Source: Gekko japonicus (taxonomy: Eukaryota). From it: 64,000 nt of DNA. The notes below the pieces were generated by a model. The model worked only from the letters and a program-made list of their open reading frames with translations, searched no databases and was not told the DNA's origin. Positions 48,487-60,340 of this stretch are shown in pieces. Positions within the stretch are counted from its first letter, which is position 1. Every line of letters begins with the position of its first letter. Position numbers and translations under genes: made by a program. Where the stretch lies: NCBI RefSeq assembly GCF_001447785.1, contig NW_015161967.1, forward strand, positions 483,956 to 547,955, given 5' to 3'.

Positions 48487-48869
48487 TTAAGGATTGCCAC
48501 ACCCATGTGGACATATTGTGGAGTTCTAAGCCTTCCCAAGCTCATTTCAGCTTTTGTTTTAAAGAGTACCTTTTTTCCCACTTCGGTGACTTTGTAAATA
48601 CACACCCCAGTCTCTCGTTATTCATGAGCTTTCTATCTTGCGATTGGTTTATGTTATTGTATATTTGTCATGGTGTATGTATGAAACGATATAAAATTGG
48701 ATATTAGAATACTTATGAACATTTCATAATACAAAAATAAAACACTTAGACTTGTTATCTGAATATTTATTGTTTTAAAAGCATACAGCATTAGCTTAGG
48801 CTATTAGATTAGATACACGTTTATTGTGACAGAACTTTGCATGAGCCAGAGTCCTTTGTCAGATGCATA

Positions 48870-49086
48870 AAGCATTTCCCTCTGTGGTAGCAGCTTGTAA
48901 ATAATACATATGTGAGTACAAAGAGGGGGCCTGATTCCCAAGGGTCCAGCAATCCAGGAGAAAGGTTGCGAAGCATTTCTCTCTGTGGTAGCAGCTTGTA
49001 AATAATACGTATGTGAGTACAAAGGGGGGGGGGAGTCATTACAAAGCATGATTCCTAAGGGTCCAGCAATCCAGGAGAAAGGTTGC
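48870..49086. repeat. Tandem duplication, ~101 and ~116 bp units
   Basis: AAGCATTTC.CTCTGTGGTAGCAGCTTGTAAATAATAC...GGAGAAAGGTTGC occurs twice. Confidence 0.9.
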
Positions 49087-49335
49087 ATTACTAGGCTCAG
49101 CACAAAATCCCCAGTTAGCAGTGATCCAGCCCTACTTCTAACAGGATTGCTCGACTCCCATGTTGTTTTCATCTGTGTTCAGACAATGTAATTTATGGCA
49201 TAGAATGTCTGGCCTTCTGGCCTCCCTTTGTAGTAACTCTTCCACCCCCACCTCTTTTTTCAGTTTATAGCCTTGAGTATGGCAGTACTTCGTAGCAGAG
49301 TTTTGGACTAAAACTGTGGCGATGAGAGATAAAAT

Positions 49336-49555
49336 CAGGTGAGTAGCCATGTTGGTCTGCAACAGCAGAACAAAGTTTAAAAGTTGAGTCCAGTGGCACC
49401 TTTAAGACCAACAAAGTTTTATTCAAGGTATACGCTTTTGTGTGCACACACATGCACACTTTGTATCTGAAGAAGTGTGTGTGCACTCAAAAGCTTATAC
49501 CTTGAATAAAACTTTGTTGGTCTTAAAGTTGCCACTGGACTCCAACTTTGTTCTG
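49336..49555. mobile_element. Penelope-like element terminal fragment forming a long hairpin
   Basis: AAAGTTGAGTCCAGTGGCACCTTTAAGACCAACAAAGTTTTATTCAAGGTAT is mirrored by ATACCTTGAATAAAACTTTGTTGGTCTTAAAGTTGCCACTGGACTCCAACTTT. Central TCTGAAGAAGTG. Confidence 0.8.
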
Positions 49556-50071
49556 TGGAGAGTTCAACTCCCCACTAAGTGACTTTCGGCCAATTACTCT
49601 TTCAGCACAGCCTAGCAAACAGGGTTGTTGTGAGTTATCTAAATAGTTGAGGGAGAACCACGCGTATCACACTGAGCTCTTCAGAGAAAGCTTGAATAAA
49701 AATCAAATACCCTTGTCAGCTGAGTGCAATACTTCACACTTCTGCCACAACCGCTCTGCAAGTTTCCAAGATGCCTCAAGAATGTTTCGGCTGTAACAGG
49801 TTTTGAAATTTGCTTATCCCCCTTTCTTTTTTGCAAGTTAATTCATACCCAAATGGTTTAACATTTCGCCTAAAACATATTGAACCGGGATTAGAATACA
49901 GTCTTGCTCGAGCTGAAACTGGGAAAAATAAATGCCTACCCGGTTCTTAGGCTGTATGGCTGAATGACCAATACCTCAGTTCCTGGGAGAAGCATTCGCA
50001 AACCTTTCATTGAAAATTGGGACATGGGCCAGGAAGAGCCCGGTCCAAGGCCAGCCCCTGAACTTCAGCAC

Positions 50072-50375
50072 TAAGGCTGGCAACTCTGGGTTGGAAAATT
50101 CCTGGAGATTTTAGGGGTAGAGCTTGGGGAGGGTGGGGTCTAGGGAGGAGAGGGGCCTCGGCAGGGTATGATGCTGTCGTGTCCACCATCCAAAGCAGGC
50201 CATCTCCAGGGGAACTGGTCCTTGTGGTCTTAGAGATCAGTTGTAATTTCATGAGATCTTCAGGCCCCGCCTGGAGGTTGGCAACCCTACTAGTGGTGCA
50301 TCTAGTCACTCATCGTGCCAGCAGCTATCCAGTCACCCGGGAGATCTTCAGGCCCCATGGAAGCTGGCAACCCTA
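50072..50375. mobile_element. hAT-like MITE (TAGGGTTGCCA-type termini) with a duplicated right end
   Basis: TAAGGCTGGCAAC at 50072, GGTTGGCAACCCTA ending 50289, and a second GAGATCTTCAGGCCCC..TGGCAACCCTA ending ~50375. Confidence 0.7.
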
Positions 50376-50838
50376 CTGAGAGGGGATTTGAACCTAGACA
50401 ATCCTTCCATTTACGTTTTTGAGTTTGAGCTACTCGTAGGCTCAACATGCTGAAGCCATTTTCTGCCAGGTGTTCATTAGAGCGCAGGGTCTTCCTGGTG
50501 CCGTTCAAGTGCTGTCTTTGAGTGTCATCCTGGAGGAGGTAAAGCTGCATGTTTACTAAAGCTTACGTCTTGGGGGCTAACTTACTAGTGTGTCAGGCCC
50601 ACTGGAGATTAACTGCTGAACTGGTTTCTCGTAGCAAAACACACCTCATTTATTTCTGTGTACTGCTATTTAATATGAACAAATTTGTCTACTTTTTTCC
50701 ACCATACAGTGCATTCTCCTCCATCCCACCCTGATCCTGAAGGGGGAGGAATTGAAAAAGTTGTGCAGCATTATTGATTCCAAAAAGTGAGTAGGAACTG
50801 ATGAATACTGAAGTAATCCCAAGGGAGGGAAAGAACTA

Positions 50839-51058
50839 TTGTTGTTCAGCCACATAGTCAAGTCCGACTCTTCGCGACCCCATGGACCACATCACACCAG
50901 GCCCTCCTGTCTTCTGCCATCCTCCAGAGTTTGCTCAACTTCATGTTCATTGCATCGATAACACTGTCTAGCCACCTCATCCTTTGCTGTCCCCTTCTTC
51001 TTTTGCCTTCAGTCTTTCCCAGCATCAGGGTCTTCTCCAGTGAGTGCTCCCTTCTCAT
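50839..51058 (-). mobile_element. Short RTE-BovB 3' fragment
   Basis: MRREHSLEKTLMLGKTEGKRRRGQQRMRWLDSVIDAMNMKLSKL..VHGVAKSRT with a CAACAA tail, colinear with 37469-37690. Confidence 0.92.
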
Positions 51059-51098
51059 GCTCCCCATGGACAGTAACAAAAGGGAAAGAATAGGTCTC

Positions 51099-51602
51099 CT
51101 CTAAAAAGATCTCCCACTATGAAGGGGAGGGGGTGACGACGACAAATCAAGTAAACATGTCAGTGACACATTAAGCTGCCATCTAGAGATCAGGGGAAAT
51201 CAGCAAACTGGTCCAAAGGACAAGCTTAGGTTAGTGTTAATGCCAGTGTAACTGTCATGGCTTCCCCTAAAGGATCCTGAAAACTGTAGTTGTGTGAAAG
51301 TGCTGAAAATTCTTCCCTCTGCTCCTGTTTTCTTTCTGTCTCCAGTAGTCTCTAAAAAGATCTCCCAGTATGAAGGGGGGGGGGGGATGATGACGACGAA
51401 TCAAGTAAACATGTCAGTGACACTTTAAGCTGCCATCTAGAGAGCAGGGGAAATCAGCGAACTGATCCAAAGGACAAGCTTAGCTTAGTGTTATGCCAGT
51501 GTAACTGTCATGGCTTCCCCTAAAGGATCCTGAAAACTGTAGTTGTGTGAAAGTGCTGAAAATTCTTCCCTCTGCTCCTGTTTTCTTTCTGTCTCCAGTA
51601 GT
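51099..51602. repeat. Tandem duplication, ~251 bp units
   Basis: CTCTAAAAAGATCTCCCA..TCTCCAGTAGT occurs twice (from ~51100 and 51350) with several substitutions. Confidence 0.95.
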
Positions 51603-52304
51603 AGCCAGAAGGAGATATCTGGAGCATTGATGGACAGAGCGCAATGGAGAGAGGAGACAGCAATTGTTTGCCCCTAGCATCTAGTCCTCTGAGATACCTG
51701 GCCTTTGAACACAGAAGCACCATTCAGCTAATGCTTTTGTAACAAAGCTCCTCCCTTCCATCAAGGGCCATTGCCTGCATGATGTGGTGGGACACTGTCA
51801 TGTTGCACAAATCTGTGCCCTGTGTGCTCCTGGGGCCAAATAGGGAACGCACGGTTGGAGTCCAGGAAGAGGATAAATATTGTAATAATCAGGAAAATAC
51901 AGGACAGGATACCTTGGCACCCAGTAACACCAAGCTGTATTCTGCCCCAACCAGGAAGAGCAATAGATCTTATACCCCAAATGACATCATTGCAGTTTAC
52001 ACAGAAATAAATCCTCAACTGGTGTTCGACAGGTGTCATAATCAAAGCATCATTTGATCTGGCAGTTCTCTATTGGGAAACCCCTATCGGGATCTCAAGT
52101 GTCAGTAACTGCGTTTGCTTATCTGGTCTCGTGGGAAACATCAAGGAACAGAGGGGCCTTCTTTTGGCATCATTCCTGACTTATTTGCTTCAACCTGAAA
52201 CTAGGGAGTTTCCTGATAAGATGCACAAAACTTAGCTCTTAGCAGACCTTCTGAGGCCAGACGTACTGCTCCACACAGAAAGATATTTGTTTTGAGAACA
52301 CTCA

Positions 52305-52588
52305 GACTGATTTCACACAAGAGCTGTGCCGCGGTCATGCCTCCCTTTGCCCCGCTTCTATTGGTCAATTTCCCACTCGAAGCCGTGTGGCCACATTTTG
52401 ACCCGTGGCTTCGCCCAACTTTCCCTGCGGTTTCGTGATCCTGTTTTTTGAGGATCACGAAACCGTGGGGAAAATTGGGCGAAGCCGCGGGTCAAAATGC
52501 GGCCGCGCAGCTTCGAGTGGGAAATTGACCAATAGAAGTGGGGCAAAGGGAGGCGCAACTGCGGCGCAGCTCTTGTGTGAAATCAGTC
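52305..52588. mobile_element. 284-bp fold-back MITE, PIF/Harbinger-like
   Basis: Near-perfect palindrome with ~138-bp arms (GACTGATTTCACACAAGAGCTG / CAGCTCTTGTGTGAAATCAGTC) and a short loop. 3-bp direct repeat TCA on both sides. Confidence 0.88.
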
Positions 52589-53070
52589 TCAGAGTCTTTC
52601 CATCCCATAGCTTTACTTCTCAGATGTCCTTCAACTGGAGAGTTTATAATTTCAAATGTACATTCCATTCCATTATTTTCTGACTCTTAAGAAAAAGACC
52701 TTTAACCATTCATATAATATTCTAATTAATCCTGCTCTACAGCTCTTCTGTCTGGGGTAAATATTAAAATCTAAATTCACTTAAATCAGACTCCTAATAA
52801 GGCACAGTGACAGCAGTCATTCTACACGTCAAGAAAAATATCAAAAACCACAATCATAAATCACATTCACTGGCCCCTTGTCCTACAATGGGGAGCTACG
52901 GTCTGTCCTGGAATGTTTGCCGTTCCACGGGTTGGCAGAGAGAGTGGCAACTGCCAAGCAGGGGTTGGAGGAAAGGGCGTCTTTCATTCCCCAACATTTC
53001 ACACCATCCATTGCCAGGCATTGCAGGAAAGATCAGCCTGCCGGTTTCTGTTTTGTCTTGATGCAACATT

Positions 53071-54237
53071 GGCCCAATCTGCATTTGCCATGTAAAGCTG
53101 TTCTGTGCTGCCGTGGTGCCGGCTTCCCATTTGGCTCAGTACAAAGCTCTCCTCTGTCTGCATCAGGACATAAGTTGTTTAGGGAGAGCACGAGAGAGGG
53201 GGGGAGAGGAGCGGCCTCCCAGGGGCACAGGCAGGGCACTGCACTGTGCTACAGGGAGGAAATGGCACCTGTGACCCCCCCCCACAGAAAGTAAAAGGAG
53301 GTGACCTGGTGGGGGAGGCAGGAAAGATGGAACGAGCTGGGTAAAAGACACAAAACACCCAGCAGTTGCCAGGAAGGGCGTTCTGGAGACTGCCCCAGGA
53401 AATAACAAATGGTTGAGGGGTGGACGTGCTTCCAACCTCTCCAGGGAGGACGCAGGCATGTGGGGACGGACCCCCCGGGAGCCCCCCTCTCCAATCCCCC
53501 CCAATCACCAGGCCAGCTGGTGGGGCTGCGCCAACATGGCCAGAGGTGCAGAGGAGATGCGGCATCCTCCTCACCTCCTGCACAGTCCCCCCCCTCCCAT
53601 GTACGCCAGGTGCTGGCATCAGAGCGGGGGGGGGGAGGAGAGGGAGGGGTTACGGCGGGGGGGGGGCGTGAGGGGGGCTCAGCGTTGCTGCAACTCGCGC
53701 TGCTGCAACTTTCGGGAAGCTTTGTTTCCCTCCCCCCCACAAATCTCCAGGCCCCACCGGGAGGTTGGCATCTGTGCCTCGCCTGGGGTGCAGGAACACC
53801 TCGGTCCAGCCCTGTCTGGAGACTGCCTGAGGAAATAACAAATGGTTCAGGGGTGGGTGTGCTTCCACCCCACCCCCCAATATGATCACAGAAAAATGTT
53901 CCCTGGCTGCTTTTAAATGCAGACGACTGGATTTTCAGCTAACTTGTTTCCTTTGTGACAATTTGCATACCTCTTTAGAAAAGATGGAGGGGGCGAATTC
54001 AGCTCCAGTTGTCTGCTTTTTGCTCACAGCAGCTCAACGTTGGGGGGGAGCAGTCGTACCACCTTAAAATCACATTCAGATAAGGCGGTGAGACGCCACT
54101 AAATGGCAATAAAATGATGCAGGCAGCCGATGCTGAAACAATAGGAGAGTGGGCGCGGCATGAAATGCAGACAGGAATTTGTGAGACGATGTGAGATCAT
54201 TGGCACAACGGTGGGAAATACCAATGCAGATTGGACC
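53071..54237. mobile_element. ~1.17-kb GC-rich non-autonomous DNA transposon
   Basis: Terminal inverted repeats GGCCCAATCTGCATT / AATGCAGATTGGACC. Internal ~55-bp direct repeat at ~53383 and ~53816. Confidence 0.55.
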
Positions 54238-54344
54238 TATGATTTATTTATTTTTTGTCATCTTGTAGTGGTTTCTCATTAGGTAGACATGTGTGAGATT
54301 ATATGTGAGAGTCTGTGTGAGATACTGGTTACGTTATGCATGTA

Positions 54345-54524
54345 AATAAGTGCCATCCAGATGTAACCAGCTAATGGCGACCCCAAAATGGGGCTTTCAA
54401 GGCTAGTGGAAAGTAGAGATGGTTTGCCATTGCCTTCCTCTGCAGGGTCTTCCTAGGTGGTCTGGCATCTAAATATCAACCTTGCTTAGTTTCTGAGATC
54501 TGATGAGATCGGGCTATATCCAGG
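54345..54524 (-). mobile_element. 5S rRNA-derived SINE with RTE-like tail
   Basis: Colinear with 12170-12343: ATGGCGACCCC..GGGCTTTCAAGG..GGTTTGCCATTGCCTTCCTCTGCAG..CTTGCTTAGTTTCTGAGATCTGATGAGATCGGGC. Confidence 0.75.
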
Positions 54525-54526
54525 GT

Positions 54527-54738
54527 ACTGGTTAGAGTGTCAAATTAGGATCTGGAAGACCCAGGATCGAATCCCCACTCTGCCATGGAAACTTTCTGGA
54601 TGGCCTTGGGCCAGCCTTTCTCTCTCAGCCTAACCTACCCTACTTCAAGACTGTGAAGAAAAATGGAGGAGACTGGTGTGTAAGTCACTTTGGGGCCCCC
54701 AAGGAGAAAAGTGGGATATAGGTATCAAATAAATAGAT
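54527..54738 (+). mobile_element. MIR/Squam3-like SINE
   Basis: TGGTTAGAGTGTCAAATTAGGATCTGGAAGACCCAGGATCGAATCCCCACTCTGCCATGGAA..CTCTCAGCCTAACCTACC. Confidence 0.7.
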
Positions 54739-56027
54739 TATGACGGGGGGGATGTAAATGGAAGGGTCAAAAAGCAGGGAAATCCCCACAAGACTCTTAT
54801 TTATTTAATTTATTTATTTATTTAAAGATATTTTTATTTTAAATGTTATATAGGGTACAGAAAAAGAAGAGGTGCGAGGGGAAGATAAAAATAAATGTAA
54901 GGCACTTTTTAAACAAATATTCAAGACTGTATAAACATAAATGAATTCATAAATCTAGGTAAATAATTTCGACTCATATTTATTTTTGTTGCAGCAGACT
55001 AACACAGCTGCCCTGCTAGAAATATTATATTTTTAGGAGCACACTTAAATTTTGATAAGCAACTTTTTAAAAAAATCAGTGAGGAAGTGTGTGCTAAAGA
55101 CGTTAGTCCACTTTGAAAGTGGAGGCAGGCATTGAACTGAGCCTCTAAATGCATGCCTAGCCCTCATGTGGCCACATGGGGGCACTGTGCTTCTAGTCCT
55201 TTGAGCCGCTCACAAATAAGGGCTAGGACAGGGATTCCAAAAGCTATACTACTAGCTGCACAGGGTTTGCAAAATTACCACCTGGGATGCATCCATGATT
55301 CTGTGGCTATTAGGAGTGGCATATATCTTGTGCAGCATTGATTTCTCAGTCCTCCCTGCCAGTGCATGGGAGTAACATCATCCCACAAGAAGTGTATAAC
55401 GATGCACCAGGATTCCTTGATGTACCTTGTGTTACAGCCAACAGGCCTGAGGGGAACCCTCTGAGTATTGCCATTGCTCAGAAAGCAGCCGGCAGCCCTG
55501 AACTCTGCATAACGTTGACCAGTTTGGAAAACACTGGGATGGGACATTCCCAGAACCTCTGGTTTACAAATACCTGTAAGTTAAACAAACACATGTGCTG
55601 TGGCATGAACTTCTGTGAGCCAGAGGCCATTTCACCAGACAAAGGGGATGCTGACTCACAGAAACTTATGCCGCAATCAGCTGGTGCCACAAGCCGCTTT
55701 GTTGCTTTGGCCTAACTTGGCTACCTGCCCTAGAACTGGTTCATGAGTTTGCTGACGGCAGCTTCTGCCGTGTCCTGTGCTGTGCTATGAACAAGACCAG
55801 GGCAAGGGAGGAGGAATTCACTTCTAAAGCAGCCTTCTAGTGTGGCCTTCAAAAGTAAACAAGGCATACATTCCTGGTCATGAAAGCATTTTAAATCTCT
55901 TCGTTTCCAAAGGGAGGCCTGGCTGGTTCACTAGGAACTTTGGCCGCCCGAAGACCTTTTCCACTTGCTGGAGTTACTCCTGATTTTCTTGGGAGTCAAT
56001 CCACAGGCACTGGAATAGGTTTGGGCA

Positions 56028-57131
56028 GGGTTCTTCCGCATGTCTTCCCTCTCAGTGCATTTTTACAGTGGTGGAGTCAGTTTGATATCTTCCACGCGTG
56101 GCTTAAATAATGAGTATTTTTCAAGGGAGGGGGCTGTCGCCGTTAGAGCCGTTTCTGTGACATCACCGCATCCCCTTAGTTTTTTTTAGCACCAAAATAT
56201 CAATATATTGCTGTGCTGTTATAATGATTGTTTAAGCAGGTTCTCGGAATTCCCACCTTTCATTTAAAAAAACCTGCATCTAGCCGCATCCTTTGTGGAG
56301 ATAGAAGGGGATAGACATATCTCCGCAAGGGAAGGAAGGGGCTAGACACTTTTTAAAAAAAATGAAAGCTGGGAATTCAGAGAACTTACAAAGCTAGTAG
56401 AATCACAGAATCACAGAGTTGGAAGGGGCCATACAGACCATCTAGTCCAACCCCCTGCTCAATGCAGGATCAGCGTAGAGTATCCATGTTCAGATGCTGC
56501 TGCGTAAAGACTGCCAGTGAGGGGGAGCTCACCTCCTCCCTAGGCAGCTGATTCCACTGCTGCACAACTCTTACTGTAATTCCCCCCCCCCTAAGATCCA
56601 GTGGGTACCTTTCTGCCCTTAATTTAAACCCATTATTGTGAGTCCTGCCCTCTGCTGCCAACAGGGACAGCTCCCTGCCCTCCTCCAAGTGACAGCCCTT
56701 CAGATACTTAAAGAGAGCAATCATGTCCTCCCTCAACCTCCTCTTCTCCAGACTCAACATTCCCAGGTCCCTCAGCCTTTCCTCGCAGGGCTTGGTCTCC
56801 AGGCCCCCGATCAGTTTTAGGGTCATTAAAAAAAATTAAATCACTGTCTTGGGGCGGGGAGAGGGAGGGGTTTGATGATGACGACATTCCAGTCCTTAAA
56901 AAGTGGGCTGGAGGTATGTGGAAGTGGGAGGGACAAAGAAAACCAACAGAAACATCATGTGCTAGAAAAAAACCGACTCAAAATCAGCTTCCAGAAAGAA
57001 TGTCAGGATAAAAGTGGTCTCAACTGAAATGAAAAGTAAAGGCACAAAAATGTGTGTGCAAATCAGGGGATAAACCAAACCAAAGCAGTATGGGGCAAAA
57101 ACCAATGAAAAAAACTCATGTGGAAAAGCCC
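56028..57131. mobile_element. Fold-back DNA transposon interrupted by a CR1
   Basis: Termini GGGTTCTTCCGCATG / CATGTGGAAAAGCCC. Central hairpin 56238-56387 (GGAATTCCCACCTTTCATTTAAAAAA..GGAGATA / TATCTCC..AAAAAAATGAAAGCTGGGAATTC). Confidence 0.5.
56399..56815 (-). mobile_element. 5'-truncated CR1 LINE
   Basis: GLETKPCEERLRDLGMLSLEKRRLREDMIALFKYLKGCH..VVQQWNQLPRE, with an AGAATCACAGAATCACAGAGTTGGAAGGG tail. Confidence 0.93.
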
Positions 57132-58129
57132 TAAGAGAGACCCACCTCCAAGCTCCCTACTCTGATTTTCCTAGTATGGGAACACAAGAGTCTTTTGCAA
57201 TTGCCTGCAGCAGCCTGCAGGTGGCAGCCATGCCCAACTGAATGTCAGAGGGAGACCGTATCCCTGTGCTAGGCTTCTGCTGGCGTTCCCCCTCCCCTTT
57301 AAGATTCTTGTCCGCTCGCAATTGTCTGAAGGTACGTTAAAAATCCAGCTGCTTCCAATGCTGCAAGCACTGCAAATGCAAAATTTGCTTACGGATAAGC
57401 AGTTCTGTGCTCACTTGCTCAGCACAGGGACACCGAGCTTCTCCACTTGCCTTCAGTGTTTTCCCATGAGTTGTTTAATGTGGGGAAACAGCTCTTGGAG
57501 ATTGCTGTGACTAGAGAACTTAGGAAGGAGCATTCAGACGCTTAGCCTCTGCTTGAAATGGGTTCTCCTGTCAGCGAAGAACCCTGCTGGAGGAGAATTG
57601 GATTGCTAGCCATGTTGCAAGCCAAATCTCCATGACCCAAACACTGCCTTGTGTGGCTTTGCACCATGATAAGGGGCACAGGTCTCCCACATGCCTCATT
57701 AAAAAACACACACAACCCCTTTGCTTATCACAGTGCATGTGTCATTCAAGAAACCCTGTGTGTAAAAGGCGTGTCGGGATTATGCAAGTTCGCTTTAGAA
57801 TGTTACAAATGCAAATAAGGTTAGTTCTGTGCATGTTACCTGACTGCGCTCTTGCCTAATGGCCTTGATCAAAGTCAGTTTGGAAGCAGGTCTAGATTTG
57901 TGTTCTGGCGTATCCCCTATGGAGTGGTGGTATGCGAGAGGGGAAGGCAATGAGGAAAAAGCCTACACTCGGCAGGCACAAGAACTCATGCTCCTGTATC
58001 TCACACACGACACACAATCAAACACTGAACGGGCACTCCCCGGGAGGAGGAAGCAAACACCCGAGTTGGTTTTGTCTCCATGGCTACCACCTACACCACC
58101 CCATTTACACAGGAAGTGGCCTTACCCTG

Positions 58130-58290
58130 AATCAGAATATTGGTCCATCAAGGTCTGTTCTGACTGGCGGCAGCTCTCCAGGTCTTAGGCGAAGGTCTTT
58201 CATTATCTGATCCTTTTAACTGAAGGTGGCATGGATTGCACCTGAAACCTTCTGCGTGCTAACGAAATGCTGTGCCACTGAGCAATGCCA
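58130..58290 (-). mobile_element. tRNA-derived SINE (39042 family)
   Basis: GCCTTACCCTGAATCAGAATATTGGTCCATCAAGGTC..GATCCTTTTAACTGAAGGTGGCATGGATTG..CCACTGAGC. Confidence 0.65.
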
Positions 58291-60340
58291 CCCCCCACCC
58301 CCCATCTACAAGACTGTTGTGGGTATCGGTGCTGACAACAGTGTCAATCTGTTGGGCTTCATGTGACAGTATCACAAGCTTAGGGTGTGCTCCATTCCCA
58401 CAATGGGTTGCTTGTCCAAAGGTTTCCGCTGGCACTGAGGTAGGTGGGGCAGCTGCCTCCTTGCTCGGAGCCCTGCGCACCCAGCACACCTGCACCTCCG
58501 AGCTGGGAAACTGTGACTCTGTTTAGCCAGCACTGAAGGGCACGATACACCTCAAACCCTGCTTTGCCATGTAAGAATCTCCAGGTGTGCTGGCTTTGCA
58601 GCACATGGTGGAGATTAGCATCTCTGCCTTGCAGCCTACCCTGTTGGATAGTTCCCCACATCAAGGGAACTTCATCTGCACAGCAGGTGGGGCCATTGGC
58701 TGGAAAGCTTCCAGCAAGAGGCAACCAGCTGCCCCCTGGGCATTACATCATCCTGGCAATAAACCTGACTGGCTTTTCCCAAGACTCCCCCCCCCTCCCG
58801 TTGTTAATGCGCATTCTGCTCTGTGCAGTGATCCTTCTGCTGTGTCAGGCGTGCCTTGCCTAGCCAGGGGTTCCTTGCAGGTTTCACTGGAATCCTTGTT
58901 CTCGCAAACTGCAGAGGAGGTGCAGAACCTGTTTTCTGGGCTGTTCTGCTTCAGACTCTGGCAGGGCGGAGGGAGGTTCTCCTGGGTGAACGCCCCTCCC
59001 TCCATGCCAAAAGAAAGTCTCTGTAGACAGAGAGCTGACAAGCTGGGAAAGAAAGTTTGAGCCTCTCTGCCCTCTGACAAGCTGGTTTCCTGCCTGCATG
59101 AGCCTTGGGGAGGGGCATTCCATCACATGGGCTGCGACCTCCGCTGGAATCAAGGCCAAAGTTGACCGTGTCAGCTGCAGCTGGGGGAACAAGGCATTAG
59201 GGTTAAAAATTGGAGAGGGGGTGGTGTTCACTAGGAAAATAATCTTGCCAAAATTACAGCACACGATTGTTTTAATTTCTGGCGGCGTCAACAGATGCTG
59301 CAAATACTCTTGGTTTTCTTCTCACTGGATGCCTCCACGGACTTCTTCTCCATGGACTTTTCACCATGATGGAAATGTGGAGGCACGTCTGTTAGCAATT
59401 AAGCCTCCACACAGGAGCTTTCTGTGCATTTTCCCACAACAGCCCCTCACAGAGACTTTTCCCCCTGCATTTTTCCTTGCTACCAGAAGACTTTTGGGGG
59501 GCTTAAAAAAAGACAGGACCGAAGCAGGTTTGGGAAAGAGCATACTGGGGACAGGGAGAGAGTGATTGGAGCACAATATCATTTGGATGTTCAAAAAAAG
59601 AAAATGCTCCAGTGTGGAAGCAAAGTAGGCTTACCACGTTGCTGCCAGGACCGGGTCTTTCCCAAACTCGCAGCAAGAGAAAACAGGAAAATAACATCAT
59701 GAACGCAGCAACCTCACTTCCAGTTGCCGCATCTGTGACACTCCAGGAATCTCCCAGTCTCTATGGTATTTTCCAGGCGCATTGATAAAAATTATGGGGT
59801 GGCATGTGGGCAGTGGCAGTGATGTCACTTCCAGGTACTTACCAGGAAGTGATGTTGCTGTGTCAACAACACTCCCCTTCCCTATGATTCTTGGCAAAGC
59901 AAAGCAAAGGCAGGAAAACCCCCTCCTGTGAAAGCAGCCTGTGGTTTGGTTTTTTGACCAGCTGTGCCAATAAGGTACTTGTATGCAGTGCTGGTCTGGA
60001 GTGTTTCTGTGTAGCCTGAGTGCTAAAACTTTTATGGGACCCCAATGCCCTCACATTGCTTGATGTGCCCCCACAGAGGTGCTATTGGGAGCTCAACTAA
60101 AAGGACTGGTAACTCTTGTTGCAGAGCAAAAATAAAATGGTTCACAATTGCATGTCTCCTGAGAGATTTGGTTTTTGTTTTTAAAAGAGCGAACTGAAAA
60201 GAGAGGTGCTACAGAGCCTGGGGTTTTTTGGTCATAGCCATTCTTTCCCCCCAGGGAATCCTGGGAATTGTAGATCTGTGAGGGGTTAGGGATATTAATG
60301 GGAAATAATCAGCATCCTTTGGGCAGATATGTTACTTCCG

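Noticed and set aside
53163-53889. Overlapping 110-160 aa ORFs or a CpG-island promoter
   Set aside because: GC-rich, stop-poor interior of an element bounded by inverted repeats, with no recognisable protein motif.
58259-59565. Cluster of 100-157 aa ORFs on both strands
   Set aside because: No recognisable domains or consistent splice structure. Consistent with chance ORFs in moderately GC-rich DNA.
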